From Octopus vulgaris (Eukaryota), in contig OX597827.1 of the NCBI GenBank assembly GCA_951406725.2, positions 42,904,001-42,968,000 of the forward strand: a stretch of 64,000 nt of DNA, given 5' to 3'. The notes under the pieces are model-generated. The model was not told where the DNA came from. It saw only the letters and a program-made list of their open reading frames with translations, and did no database searches. Shown piece after piece: positions 15,816 through 30,579 of this stretch. Every line of letters begins with the position of its first letter. The stretch's first letter is position 1. A program made the position numbers and the translations under genes.

Positions 15816-16825
15816 GACTTTCGCCTGTGACTTTTATTGCAAGCGTTCGAATCAAGTTTCCGGTTCGCGCATCGTCCATGAATCATAGGGTCTTGATCCT
15901 TTTTCTTTCCCTTCATCCGCGAGAGCCCCTTGTAAAAGGTCACAGGTCCTGAACTGCTTTACTTACTCTGACTAAGCTAGCAACTGCACCCACACAGACA
16001 CACGCATATACACAGACACACACACACAAACACACTGATTTTTTTTATTTCCCACAAGGGGACAACACACACATACACACACACACACATTCACACATAC
16101 GCATGCGTACTAACACACACGTGCACTCACACAAAATCATAGAAGTTCGTTAGATGTTTACTCGCTTTTCTAAAGCATTGATTTCTCACAATCCTTTCTT
16201 AGCGAGTCCACAGAGTATTCTAGGTAGGGGTTGCGGTGGTGGTTGTTGTGGTGTCGATGATGATGGCAGTGGCGTTGATGGTGGTAGCGATGGTTGTAGT
16301 CGCTATAACAATAGGACCGTGATGATGCCAGTAGTAGTAATGGTGGTGGTGGTGGTGGTGGTGTCGACCGCTCTTGAGATAGCGCCGGCTGTGTTAGCAT
16401 TGATGGTAGTGTTGATGAAAGATATTTCGTTAAAAGCGTGAAATTGTAATGATTTTTGGATAACTGACGAGGAAGGTGATTGTTCATGTTTTGTGTGTAA
16501 ATTTCCTGTTCGTTGCTTTGTTGTCCTTCTGACCAAGTCCCACTGTGAGGCAACTTGGGCAGGTGTCTTCTACTATAGCCTCGAGCCGTCTAAAGCCTTG
16601 TGAGTAGATATTGTAGACAGAAACTGAAAGAAGCTTGTCATATATATATATATATATATATATGAATTGCGAAAAGCCGAAATTGTGAGGATGATCTGGT
16701 TATTGACTGAGGATAGAAAGCTTCGAATGACCCGTCCTTTTTTTTTTGTATCGTCTATCTGGATGTTTTGTTGTCCCTTTTTGTATCACTTAGTTGTCCG
16801 GATGCTTTGCGTTCTTGTCCCATTT

Positions 16826-16865
<40 letters not shown>

Positions 16866-16869
<4 letters not shown>

Positions 16870-17087
16870 GGAGATGTACTCGCATAGCAAGTGATTTGAT
16901 CTGAGATCGTGTGCTGAAACGAAAACAATTGCAGCGTGGAAGGTGTTTGTAAGCCATTTAAGAAACACACAAAAGCCGTTCGATTCACTTCAACATTTAA
17001 GTTTAATTTGTCAAAATATTTTCGTCGCTAAAATCCGCGACCTGTTCACTGACAAAAATCCGGGCTTACAAACACCTTCCACGCTGC

Positions 17088-17093
<6 letters not shown>
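16866..17093 (-). mobile_element. Penelope-like fold-back in (TA)n with a variant HHR-like fold
   Basis: Perfect 29-bp inverted repeat AATTGCAGCGTGGAAGGTGTTTGTAAGCC (16927-16955 and 17063-17091). Confidence 0.6.
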
Positions 17094-17181
<88 letters not shown>

Positions 17182-17330
17182 CAAAAAGCAATAAAGATTC
17201 AAGTTAATTTAAATGAATTAACTTGAATATGGTACCTAACTTAGATGCACCAAAAAAAACTATACTGATTTAACAATACAGTAATGTGGGGTGATTATAA
17301 GCGAGAAAGAAGCAACAAGAATGGATAGGT

Positions 17331-17421
17331 TTTTAGTACAATCGTTTCATACAAGGACAGGTTTTATTAAAAGTTGCAAAAATTACAGCATATAAACGTG
17401 TCCCGTACTCATCAGCTAAAA
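17331..17421 (-). ncRNA. Type I hammerhead ribozyme, intact core
   Basis: UUUUAG-CUGAUGA-GUACGGGACA...UGUCCUUGUAU-GAAA-C(GAUU)G-UA-CUAAAA: 6-bp stem I, long stem II, GUA cleavage triplet. Confidence 0.7.
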
Positions 17422-19480
17422 TACATGTGAGTTCTCTAGACATCCTAGTGGTTGAGGCTATACTCATGAAGTAATGTAGATAATTAAGTAACATAATATA
17501 AACAGATTTCTAAAGTTCATTAAAGTTCATTAAAGATGATGTACAGTCTTATCACAGAATTTTAAAAAGTTTTAATAGCATCACAGAGAAGGTGACCTAA
17601 TCCATAGTGCACATATGAATTTCCAGAGATATGATGAGGGATTACATACTCACAGAAGACAAATTTATCCATTGTTAATTACAACGAGGTGGGTTTCAAT
17701 TCCTGCTTATTAGCATTATAGAGAGGGTGAATTAATCCTTTGTATAGATGCACAATTTCCAATGGTGTAGATGAAAATTTCCAGAGAAATGAAGAGGAAT
17801 TTCAAATTCACAGGCGATAAGTTTATCAATGGTTGAACACAATGAGGTAGGTATCAATTCTTGTTATATGATTAGGTATTTGCCACATTAATCACATTAC
17901 TGCTATTTACAAGAGGCTGTAGCTATTTAACTTCTAAAGGCTGAAGGGCTTTCTAGAGCGGCAAAAAATGGAAAAGGGAAGGGAATATATATATATATAT
18001 GAAAGAAGGTTTGAAAATGCAATTTTAAAAGGTGTTATTTCACTGTTAGAATTTAGACAGCCATGTCGTAGGCTGTAGTTTGAGATATTTCGAAGTGATG
18101 AGTTTGTGATTACGTGATTTATTTTTAATCCGGAGAAGAACCCTTCTTTAACGAGTTGTTTTCTCATTTTTTTCCTCCTCGAGTTTATTATTTCTTTTTT
18201 TTTCTTTTGAATTCTAATTTAAACATTTTACAAATTAGTGTCTATAATATTTTTTGTTGTTGCTGTATTTTTAATTCTTGTTTTGTTTTCTCTTAATATC
18301 ATATTTCAACGCGACTTCTTAATAAATTTATTTTCTTCAGAAGTCGTTATATTACTACAGGTTTATAATGTTCTGACATAAAACTTGCAAATAATCTTGA
18401 TATACAGTAAAATATATTACACCGAAAGTCAAATAGAATCTATTTCACAAACGTGCAAATATGTTTATCTTTCCATATATATGTATATAAATTTCTCCAC
18501 CGCGCTTGACAACCAGTGTTGGTGTGTGTTCACATCCCTGCAACTTAACGGTTCGGCAAGAGAGACCGACAGAATAAGTACTAGGCTTAAAAAATAAATC
18601 CTTTAAGACGATGCTCCAGCATGGCTGCAGACAAACGACTGAAACAAGTGAAAGAATAAAGGAATATATATATATATACACACATATATACACACACATA
18701 TATATATATACACATATATATATAGAATACAGGAATCGTGTGTATTTACAATGCTTATTAAAATATTTCCTGAGTAATTGAAATGAGGCTTACATTTCTA
18801 ACCTAGCCTTATTTAGAACCTGGCCTTATTATCAGTTGAAACTGTGCCAATATTTTTACATCTTTGCACGGCCTGGGTTTACCCACAGGATCTCTTTCAT
18901 TACAATATGCTTACAAACTTAATGCTATATGCGCAAGATCAGTACTCCAAGTTAATAAATACAGATTGTCAAGTTGGTGCTATTGTGTTAATGAATTAAA
19001 ACCTAACCTGAACCCTCTGGTACTTTACGAAGTAGCATTAAGAGACGACACAGAAAAAGGAAAAATATAAACGAATCCTGACGATGGCTTTAACGAAAAT
19101 CTAAAACTAATTGATTAGTCGATTTGTTCGATTCCCTTGATTGGTCAAAAAGAAAATTTTTGGTTAACCACGGTGTCTATTGGTATGGTATTACAACAAC
19201 GCTAAAACTTCGTCTATTAACCATGTCATTGTAATATTGTTTACATATAAAATGTGATATACGCAGTGGCAATGGTCCACGAAATATATGGTCACGTACA
19301 TATATAATGATATATATATATATATATATATGCATATATACATACGTACATATGTACACACAAATACACATATGTCTCTATATGTATGTGTGAAGATATA
19401 TATATATACATACCAATACACATACATACACACTCAACCGCACATATATATGCATATCAGTATGTGTGTGTGCTGGTGTG

Positions 19481-19521
<41 letters not shown>

Positions 19522-20046
19522 TGTCATTTAATCAATAGTGACAAGCATGGTCATCAAACGTCTGGCAGTTTCCTCCGCTTCTCTTTTTCCTACTTCCTCC
19601 TCTTCCTCCTCCTCCTCCTCCATTACGTAAATGCAAGCGTATACGTGCCCTTACGCGTACAAACATACATGCACAAACGCACACGGAGCTCACACACACA
19701 CACACACACACACACAAACAAACACACATACAGACGTACACTGACACAAAACACACACACTTACACACACACAAGCACACACAAGCACACACATACAGAG
19801 TCGAATTACTATTACATTGAAAAACAAACAAAGCGTACCTGATCAATTAATAACTACAGGACAAAATATTTCTAGCCATGCTCTAAAAGCTTTCGATTGT
19901 TAGACACGGATATGTCCTCGATGCTGCTGTTGGTATTGTTGTTGCTGTCGTTGTTGGAGGTGATGGTGGGTTTGGTGTTGGTGGTGGTGTTGGTGCTTGG
20001 AAGGACCGGGTTTATTATATTTTCATTAATGCCTCGCTCTCTCTCT

Positions 20047-20087
<41 letters not shown>

Positions 20088-20105
20088 CATACATACATAC
20101 ATACA

Positions 20106-20185
<80 letters not shown>

Positions 20186-20204
20186 CTATATCTATATCTA
20201 TATA

Positions 20205-20280
<76 letters not shown>

Positions 20281-20283
<3 letters not shown>

Positions 20284-20590
20284 ATCAAAAGAGTAGACGG
20301 AATGTACCAATAAAATTTTTTTTATTACCTCAACAATTGTTTCATCCTCAAGACGTACTCCTCCCTTGTGGGCGTGGAACGATACAATAACACTAGATGC
20401 AACGAGCAGTGCATAGAAGACTCCTCAAGTGGGATAATAAGGTTTTAGGTCTTCTATACAATGTTCATTGCATCTGATGTTATTGTATCGCTCCACGCCC
20501 ACAATGGAGCAGTGCATCTTGAAAATGAATCAATTGTTGTGGTAATATAAATTTTCTTTTGGTTCATTCTGTCTTCTATTTTTACCTTTA
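20281..20590. mobile_element. Diverged fold-back (arms ~20281-20421 and 20448-20590), Penelope-like
   Basis: TTGTGGGCGTGGAACGATACAATAACA is mirrored by TGTTATTGTATCGCTCCACGCCCACAA. The minus strand has an HHR-like 3' half, GAAACAATTGTT. Flanked by (TA)n. Confidence 0.65.
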
Positions 20591-21599
20591 ATATATACCC
20601 AAGGTCCATACTGGAATTCCTGGAATTATTACGACGTTTGCTTAATATTGCTGATGATGCCTAGTAGCCATAAGTGCTGAACGTGTTCCGCGGACATACG
20701 ACCTGGGACTTGCCCTGAAATACGGTTTCGATACTGTGTTTAATACGTATTTTCTTAAGCTTTATTCTTTAACCCTAAAGGCGGTGCACCAGCATGGCCT
20801 CAGCCTCTGGCTGAAATCTATAAAAGATAAAAGATACCAGTGGCGACTCCGGTACTCACGCTGCTCGAGATTATCCCAAGTATAAATTTAGGAAAGTGAA
20901 CGTGTATTTGCAAGATGGTTTAATTTGCGCCAACACTGACTTCAAGTATGGAATTGCAGCCAATAACTTGGGCTCCTTTTATTGAACCTGGTCGCAGTTC
21001 ATTTATTTTCGTTCAGCCTCTGGTGATCGTCTTAGAGATGCCCTGTGTCAAAAAATATCATTCGTAGCAGACGTTCGCTCGACATCGTTCGCACGCGCCT
21101 GACTCGAGCTCAGAAGTTACAGCCCGAGTTGTTATCTGTAATCGTAAAAATTCAAAGTAACTCAAATTGGATGCTCTCTTGAAACAATAAATTTCTATAG
21201 AGATTAGGATTTAAATTCAAATCTATGATAAGTTTCCGATCTACAATATTCTTAAAGAAATGAAAAATTACCCAGCAACTCTGGCTAATACGAACGAGCC
21301 TGGTAGATGTAAAAGACAAACTGGCATCTCTTGTCAAGCACAGGCGACAGTAAGATCACTGATGTTTGTTGCGGACTCAGCTATCGCCATGTTATTTGCT
21401 GTTATTTTGTGCATTTGCGTGTAAAAATCAGTTGTGTTTTGCGGAGTTGCTTTATTTTTGCCCTTAACTTAGAAATGGAGAAAGACAGTGCCAGATACAA
21501 AAAAAATAAGCCATTTAGAAGAAGAAATATTGTAGAAAAACGTGAAATTCTTCGAACAGGCTTGACGTGCTCGTATGACACTGATGAACTGGAGCCATA

Positions 21600-21730
<131 letters not shown>

Positions 21731-21863
21731 AAATAAATAAATATATATTTATACATATTATATGTATATACATATATATATGTATATATATGTATATTTG
21801 TATATATATATGTATATATATATATATGTATATATATATACGTATATATATATATGTATATTT

Positions 21864-22823
<960 letters not shown>

Positions 22824-22832
22824 GAGACAGAG

Positions 22833-23274
22833 ACAGAAAGCATCGATGCTTCCTAGGGCTAAATAGCGGTGGTGTGATTCTCTTTACGGGATTGTCACGT
22901 TGTGTTGACAGTATACAACCACTATATCGCCCCACCACCGCTCATGTCTCTCTGAGACATTTAGAAATTCAATATTTCTAATTTTGGTAACTAGTGAATA
23001 AATTTCACTGAAAATATTATATATTTGCAAAGCGGTCGCAGCCATCTCAGCTAGCAGGACACGCTACCCTGGACTGATGACGGACAAGACCCAGAAACAT
23101 GTCTTCAGGTGCTAATCCTAGCTGGCGGGGGTGCTTGCCTCCCCTTTGCAAATATAAGGACACAAGAAATGTGTCAAAGCCGACAGGAAGCGTCGATGCT
23201 TCCTAGAGCTAAATAGCGGTGGTGTGATTCCCTTTATGGGACTGTCACGTTGTGTTGACAGTATACAACCACTA
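22833..23274 (+). mobile_element. Retrozyme/pseudo-LTR-like unit: ~90-bp direct repeats 350 bp apart with an HHR between them
   Basis: TCGATGCTTCCTAG.GCTAAATAGCGG...GTATACAACCACTA at ~22833-22924 and ~23183-23274. Confidence 0.7.
23066..23110 (+). ncRNA. Minimal type I hammerhead ribozyme
   Basis: CCUGGA-CUGAUGA-CGG(ACAAGAC)CCA-GAAA-CAUG-UC-UUCAGG: GUC triplet at 23101-23103, palindromic ACAUGU stem III, weak stem II. Confidence 0.65.
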
Positions 23275-24119
23275 CATATATATATATATATAAAATTAGA
23301 GATAAAACCACTATTAGGCAAATCAAACAGTGAAAAACATAAGCCAATACATAAAATTAATTTAAAAATATAAAAGTTAAAAATTAAAAAATTATTAAAA
23401 TAATTTAAACTTATAAATTTTAAATATATATATACAAATATATACATATATATATATATATATGTATATTTTTATATTTATATATTATTTTGTTTATTAA
23501 TTAATTAATTAATTTATTTATTTATTTATTTTTTATTTTTATTATTATTATTTTTTTAAAAATAAATATCAAAAGTATTAAAAGTTTAATAAAAGATAAA
23601 GAGTAAAACACATATATATAAATCAAGTTAAAAATAATGATTGCAACATATATTTCCTTTATTGGAGCAATTTTTGTTCTACAGCTGTTTCCAGTAGTCA
23701 TTACAGCTACATTACTGATTGGTTTATTTAATTGGTCTGTTGATCAATTGAGAAAAATTGAACGACCTAATATAATTAATGCTATTTTCATCCGAGCCAT
23801 TTCTGGTTATATGCGCGCGCGTGTGTGATACGTATAGTAGATATATAAACAAGGCTGATTTAGCTATTTCCCCACAGAATAAACCAAAAATCAAGAGCAG
23901 CCTTAATCGATTTTCGTCTGTTATTGGTTTCTCATCAGAGACGTCTACATCGATTTCACAAATCCGAGAGAAAGTAGCCAATCCGTTTATATACTCAACA
24001 ATCTCAGTAGCTTCAGAAAACTTGTGCTACCAATTTGCACATCGGAAGTGTTAACACTTAATTGAATATCATTAGCCTGTGAACTGGTATCTTAATGATC
24101 ACAATACCAAGGTATGATA

Positions 24120-24352
24120 AAGGCAGCGAGCTGGCAGAAACGTTAGCATGCCGGGTGAAATGCTTAGCGGTATTTCGTCTGCCGCTAAGTTCTGAGTTCA
24201 AATTCCGCCGAGGTCGACTTTGCCTTTCATCCTTTCGGGGTCGATTAAATAAGTACCAGTTACGCACTGGGGTCGATCTAATCGACTTAATCCGTTTGTC
24301 TGTCCTTGTTTGTCCTCTCTGTGTTTAGCCCCTTGTGGGTAGTAAAGAATTA
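24120..24352 (+). mobile_element. SINE family B monomer with a 17-bp TSD
   Basis: TSD AATACCAAGGTATGATA at 24103-24119 and 24353-24369. Confidence 0.9.
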
Positions 24353-24378
24353 AATACCAAGGTATGATATGTAATATA

Positions 24379-24718
24379 GTGGAGGCGCGTGGCTTAGTGG
24401 TTAGAGTATCGGGATTACAGACGTGATGTTGTAAGTTCGATTCCCAGACCGGGTTGTGAGTTGTGTTCTTGAGCAAGGCACTTTATTTCACGTTGCTCCA
24501 GTTCCCTCATCTATAGTAATGAGCTGCGACCTCACTGGTGCCAAGTTGTATCGGCCTTTGTCTTTCCATTGGATGACATCGGTGGCTTGGAGAGAGAGGG
24601 ACTGGTGTGCATGGGCAACTGCTGGTCTTCTATAAACAACTCCGGACTTGTACATCGCAGGGGAACTTTCTAGGCGCAATTCCATGGTCACACGTGGTCG
24701 AAGGTGGTCTTCATCTTT
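24379..24718 (+). mobile_element. SINE family C, tail type 1
   Basis: GGAGGCGCGTGGCTTAGTGGTTAG A box and GTTCGATTCCC B box; tail shared with 57077-57385. Confidence 0.85.
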
Positions 24719-25141
24719 TATTTAGTATATTAGATATATAAACAAGGGTAATTTAGTTATTTCTCAGTAAATATATTTTATTTTTGACTAGTTTCGGTCT
24801 TGAAATGCAGCCATGATGGAGTAAGATGTGATTTGGAGATTTGGTTGCTATTTATAACAGGATGAGCGAGCGCTTCGAGGTAATCACATTGACTCGCTTA
24901 ATTTACTAGCGGGAATCAGTGGCAAGCATCCGTAGACCAAGAGATAAGCAAAAAGGTAAGCACCCGTACTGCAAGCTGAATATGCAACACAGTGTCAATG
25001 AAGTCTTATATTGACTTCTTTCTCAACCAAATTAGCGAGCGAAAAGAATCTGTATTAGCGTTCGTTCGAATGCAAGCTGCAATCAAATCGCCATGAAATC
25101 ACGCCTTACCGTCTTTAATAGAGGTTATGTTAGATAATAAT

Positions 25142-25358
25142 TCTTTCTAATATACGCACAAAGCCTGAGATTTGGCACGAGGAAGATAGTCTATTACATC
25201 GACCCTATTGATCAAATGGCACTTATTTTATCGACTTTGAAAGGATGAAAGGCAAAGTCGACCTCGGTGGAATTTGAACACTGAACGAAATCAAAGCAGA
25301 AGAAACGCCGTTAAACATTTTGTTTGATGCGGTGACTATTCTGCAAGCTCGCCATCTT
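25142..25358 (-). mobile_element. Diverged SINE family B
   Basis: AAAGGATGAAAGGCAAAGTCGACCTCGGTGGAATTTGAAC block. Confidence 0.7.
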
Positions 25359-25548
25359 AGTTATGTTAGGTAATGTTGTTTATAGTTACTCCATACTCGA
25401 GAGAAAGGCATGACTGTCATAACTGGAACGCTTTTGATTTGCTCATTCAGGAATGAACTGGGTCTAAATAATCACAACGAGCCTTGAGAAAATGAAGGAG
25501 TATTTCAACATACCATTTATTTATTTTCCTTTTAGCTTAGGAGGTTGT

Positions 25549-25800
25549 GTGGAGGCGCGTGGCTTAGTGGGTAGGGTGTCAGCATCATGATCGTAAGATT
25601 GTGGTTTCGATTCCTGGACCGAGCCACGCGTTGTGTTCTTGAGCAAAACACTTCATTTCATGTTGCTCCAATCCACTCAGCTGGCAAAAATGAGTAACAC
25701 TGCGATGGACTGGCGTCCCGTCCAGCTGGGGAACACATATGCCATAGAAACCGGGAAACCGGGCCCATGAGCCTGGCTAGGCTTTAAAAGGGTGCATTTA
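25549..25800 (+). mobile_element. SINE family C, tail type 2
   Basis: Family C head followed by GCGATGGACTGGCGTCCCGTCCAG...GAGCCTGGCTAGGCTT. Confidence 0.85.
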
Positions 25801-26235
25801 TTTATTTATTTATTTAGGAATTTGTAGAATGAAATCTAAATCCTTTTGAAATTTAGAGGAAATTGCTGAAGACTTGAGTAACCGTGGATGCTCGTGTACT
25901 TCTGGGTAAAGTTACAACCACAGGAATTGAACTCAGCACCATGAGCTTTAAAAATATACGGGTTTTTTAATAGTGCTACCGAGTTGTTCGAATGTTACGA
26001 TACCTATTTACGGCTAAGCGAACAGGGCCGTTTCTGTAGAATCAAATGTTTTGACAATAGATAGATACAACGCATTGTGAGTAGTGAGATGCGAACTGTC
26101 GACCGCTTGGTTGCCTGTTCGCTTCTTTGTGACCTCAGTGATCGCCTTTTCATAAATGCGAGATCGAAAAAAGAAAGGTTCGAATAAAACCGAGCTCTCA
26201 GTCACGGTGACATCGCACCTGATTATTTCTTTATT

Positions 26236-26640
26236 GCCCTTTGTGGGTAGTAAAGAAATAGGTATTTCATCTGCCGCCTACGTACTGAGTTCAAATTCCG
26301 CCGAGTTCGACTTTGCCTTTCATCCTTTCGAAGTCGATAAATTAAGTACCAGTTGCCTACTGGGGTCGATCTAATCGACTGGCCCCCTCCCAAAAAATTT
26401 CGGGCTTTGTACCCAGAATATACCTGCTGAGTAAGTTGGCAGAATCGTTAGCACGTCGGGCAAAATGCTTAGCGGCATTTCGTCCGTCTTATATTCCGAA
26501 TTCAAATTCCGCCGAAGTCCACTTTACCTTTCATCCTTTCGGGGTCGATAAAATAAGTACCAGTTGAGTAATGGAGCGAATGTAATAGACGTAATCCCGA
26601 CCCCCGAAATTGCTGACCTTGTACCAAAATTTGAAACCAG
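26236..26640 (+). mobile_element. SINE family B copies
   Basis: Two TTCAAATTCCGCCGA...CCTTTCATCCTTTCG blocks. Confidence 0.8.
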
Positions 26641-26654
26641 TATACCTGCTCAGT

Positions 26655-26960
26655 GTGGAGGTGCAATGGCCCAGTAGTTAGGGCAGCGAACTCGCGGTCG
26701 GAGGATCGCAGTTTCGATTCCCAGACCGGGCGTTGTGTGTGTTTATTGAGCGAAAACACCCAAAAGCTCCACGAGGTTTCGGCAGGGGGTGCTGGTGACC
26801 CCTGTTGTTCTCTTTCGCCACAACTTTCTCTCACTCTCTCTTCCTGTTTCTTGAGTAACGCTGCGATGGCCTGGCATCCCGTCCAGCTAGGGAGAACACA
26901 TACGCCACAGAAACCGGGAAACTGGGCCCATGAGCCTGGCTAGGCTTGAAGAGTGCGACG
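26655..26960 (+). mobile_element. SINE family C variant (alternative middle region, tail type 2)
   Basis: GGAGGTGCAATGGCCCAGTAGTTAGGGC head; the middle region matches 30689-30890. Flanked by ACCTGCTCAGT on both sides (probable TSD). Confidence 0.8.
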
Positions 26961-28367
26961 AAACACCTGCTCAGTAATACAGGGTTCTTAAATCTGCTAA
27001 AGCATGGAGCGCAGATAGTTGGTGCCCGGTGACCGACAGCGCGGTACGGTTTCATTTCCCGTTAGAAGCTAAACCGTTTCAATTATTCTTTTATCGGTTT
27101 CATTCATGACACCGATTTTTAAGTGCATTCAACGGTCTTTTAACCACTCTCAATGCGAAATTAAATTTTATGGCTATTCCAGTAATTCCCAAGTATCTGT
27201 TAATGTGCGTAGCGTAGTGGTTACGGCGTTATACACGCGATCGTTAGATCATAGGATCGATTTTCGCATCGAACAGCTCAATGTTTTCTTGAGCAAAACA
27301 CTTCATTTCGCGGTGGTCCAGTTCACTGAGCTATGAGTAATTTTGTGACGGGCATTAATCGTTTTTTTTTCCTATCAAATAGTCGTTCTGGTTGGGTGCT
27401 CTTAGCTGGTCAGTTAGCTTGGCAATTTGTTTTTGCTGTTTTCCATATGTCTTTCTTAAAGAAATATTTCTCGTGACCCCAACAAACAAAATGGACAAGG
27501 CGTTGCCCCGGAGGATGGCGAGGGAGATGCACTGCGACGAACTAACCTTCCCATCAGAAAGAATAGTGGCCTGCTCGCCAAGCCAGCGGGGGTGGCATCA
27601 TTCGAAACCCCAAATCCCAAGCAAAAACGCATCGTGACTAGCGATGTATAACAACACCCGATAGTCTGGTCAGTCACGTGATCATGTGATTAAATATCTA
27701 AACCCCCTTCCACCACCACCACCACCAGCTCACACACACAAAAAATTGAATTAATATTTTTCTGCAGGTCCAGTTGTTGCCGCATTAAACTTGACATATC
27801 AGAACAGAAAAACAGTTTTATACATGACATTCCTATACAAAAGCTAGATTGGTATATTAAAACTGCTTTCTGCAGTTAAGAACTATAAAATTTTAGAGTG
27901 GATATATCTGCTTTCAGCTATAAAATAGTTAAATACGGGACCTGATCCGAACACAAAATCTTTGTACGTACAGATAGTAAATGTAACATTTTTTATTCGC
28001 TGGCGTGTCTTCAATTAACGTTGCACTTTTAACGTCATGTAAATTTCTTTTCCAGCAAACGAAGCTAGCGCTGAGTTTATTGGCCGGGGTTTTCAGCAAG
28101 TTCTATATAACTCTTTCTTTGATTTCGCCACGTTTTTACGATGGTTCTCTGTCAATTATGGAAATTTCATTTTATAGCGGTTCTCTCTTCAGATATGAAA
28201 TTTCCATAATTGATAGAAAGCCACCATGGGAAGTTTTAAAAATTGAAAGAAGTACATTTAAAGCTTCGCTGAAAAACCAAATCAGTAAGGTCGGCATTGA
28301 AATCAGCTTAATAAAGCTGCCTTTACTGAAAGCAATAATAATGATAATAATAATAATAATAATAATA

Positions 28368-28422
<55 letters not shown>

Positions 28423-28425
<3 letters not shown>

Positions 28426-28782
28426 TATCAATACCGGCAGATGACAACGTGTCTCTAAAAGAAATGGAGAAACCCTCAAAATACAAAGACCTGGAAATAG
28501 AGGTAACTAGAATGTGGAATCTGAAAACAGAAACAATTCCTATCATAGTAGGTGCATTAGGCATGATAAAAAAATATTCAGACAAATACATAACAAAAAC
28601 ACCAGGACTTACAAACACATATAACATACAGAAAATTGCACTACTAGGCACTGCACACATCCTACGCAGAACACTTTCCATACAATAACCATCAGAGCAT
28701 CACAACAAATCACAACACATACCCAAGGCACACAGAGCTGCGCTCGGTAGTGAAGTGAAAGCACGCTATAAAAATAAAACTA

Positions 28783-28786
<4 letters not shown>
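28423..28786 (+). mobile_element. 3' fragment of an R4/Dong-clade non-LTR retrotransposon (end of the restriction-like endonuclease domain plus 3' UTR)
   Basis: VSIPADDNVSLKEMEKPSKYKDLEIEVTRMWNLKTETIPIIVGALG...QKIALLGTAHILRRTL has the RLE K..KY..L and P(I/V)(I/V)VGALG motifs. (TAA)n on both sides is the known Dong target. Confidence 0.9.
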
Positions 28787-28843
<57 letters not shown>

Positions 28844-28879
28844 GCGATGTGGATGATGACGATGATGCGGAGGAGGATT

Positions 28880-29812
<933 letters not shown>

Positions 29813-29867
29813 TAAACTAATTGATCCTCACTGAATACATAGATGCATAAAGGCTTCCATACAGTTG

Positions 29868-30245
29868 TGTAGAAGTGACTATGCTGTGTAGTATTACAAA
29901 GATCCTATATCATGTACAGGTGTAGACGTTTCTACGTTGTAGCTTAGAAGCTACTAACTGCCGCTTTATAGGCGGTTCTTTACAATGTCTACCTATAGAA
30001 GCTTCTATACGGCGTACAGGTAGGTATAGAAGCTACTATGCAGTGATGCAGAAGATACTGTTTTTGTAGTATAGAATCTGCTATACTATTCATTTAGTCG
30101 TGCGGCAGCCACTAAATGTATAGCAGAGTAGAAGCTACTAACTGCATCGTAGTGTAGTGGTTAGAAAACTGTGTATTCAAATCTGCTATACTATGCATTG
30201 GTGTAGTGGCTATTTTAGATGTGTATTCGTATAGAAGTGTCTGCA
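29868..30245. repeat. Decayed minisatellite
   Basis: TAGAAGCT(A/T)CTA recurs near 29945, 29996, 30027 and 30129; AATCTGCTATACTAT occurs twice. Confidence 0.5.
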
Positions 30246-30280
30246 TTATGAGGTTGTGTGGAAGTAGTAGTAGTAGTAGT

Positions 30281-30312
<32 letters not shown>

Positions 30313-30313
30313 C

Positions 30314-30356
<43 letters not shown>

Positions 30357-30496
30357 ATAGTAGTTGGAGGAGGAGGACGACGAGGAAGTGGAGGACGAGG
30401 AGGACGAGGAGAAGCAACAGCTGTAATAGTAGCAGCCGCAGCAGCAGCAGTAGCAGTAGTAGTAATAGTAGTTTTAATGGTCGAAGTAGTAGTAGT

Positions 30497-30531
<35 letters not shown>

Positions 30532-30537
30532 CAGTAA

Positions 30538-30577
<40 letters not shown>

Positions 30578-30579
<2 letters not shown>

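Noticed and set aside
20645-20735. CTGATGA...GAAA candidate hammerhead
   Set aside because: The base of stem II does not pair and stem III is unconvincing.
27768-27880. Good acceptor TTTTTCTGCAG|G
   Set aside because: All three frames close within ~37 codons, with no recognisable product or partner exon.
28005-28688. 227-aa ORF as a gene
   Set aside because: Chance read-through of unique DNA and (AAT)n into the LINE fragment; only the last ~88 aa are real TE protein.
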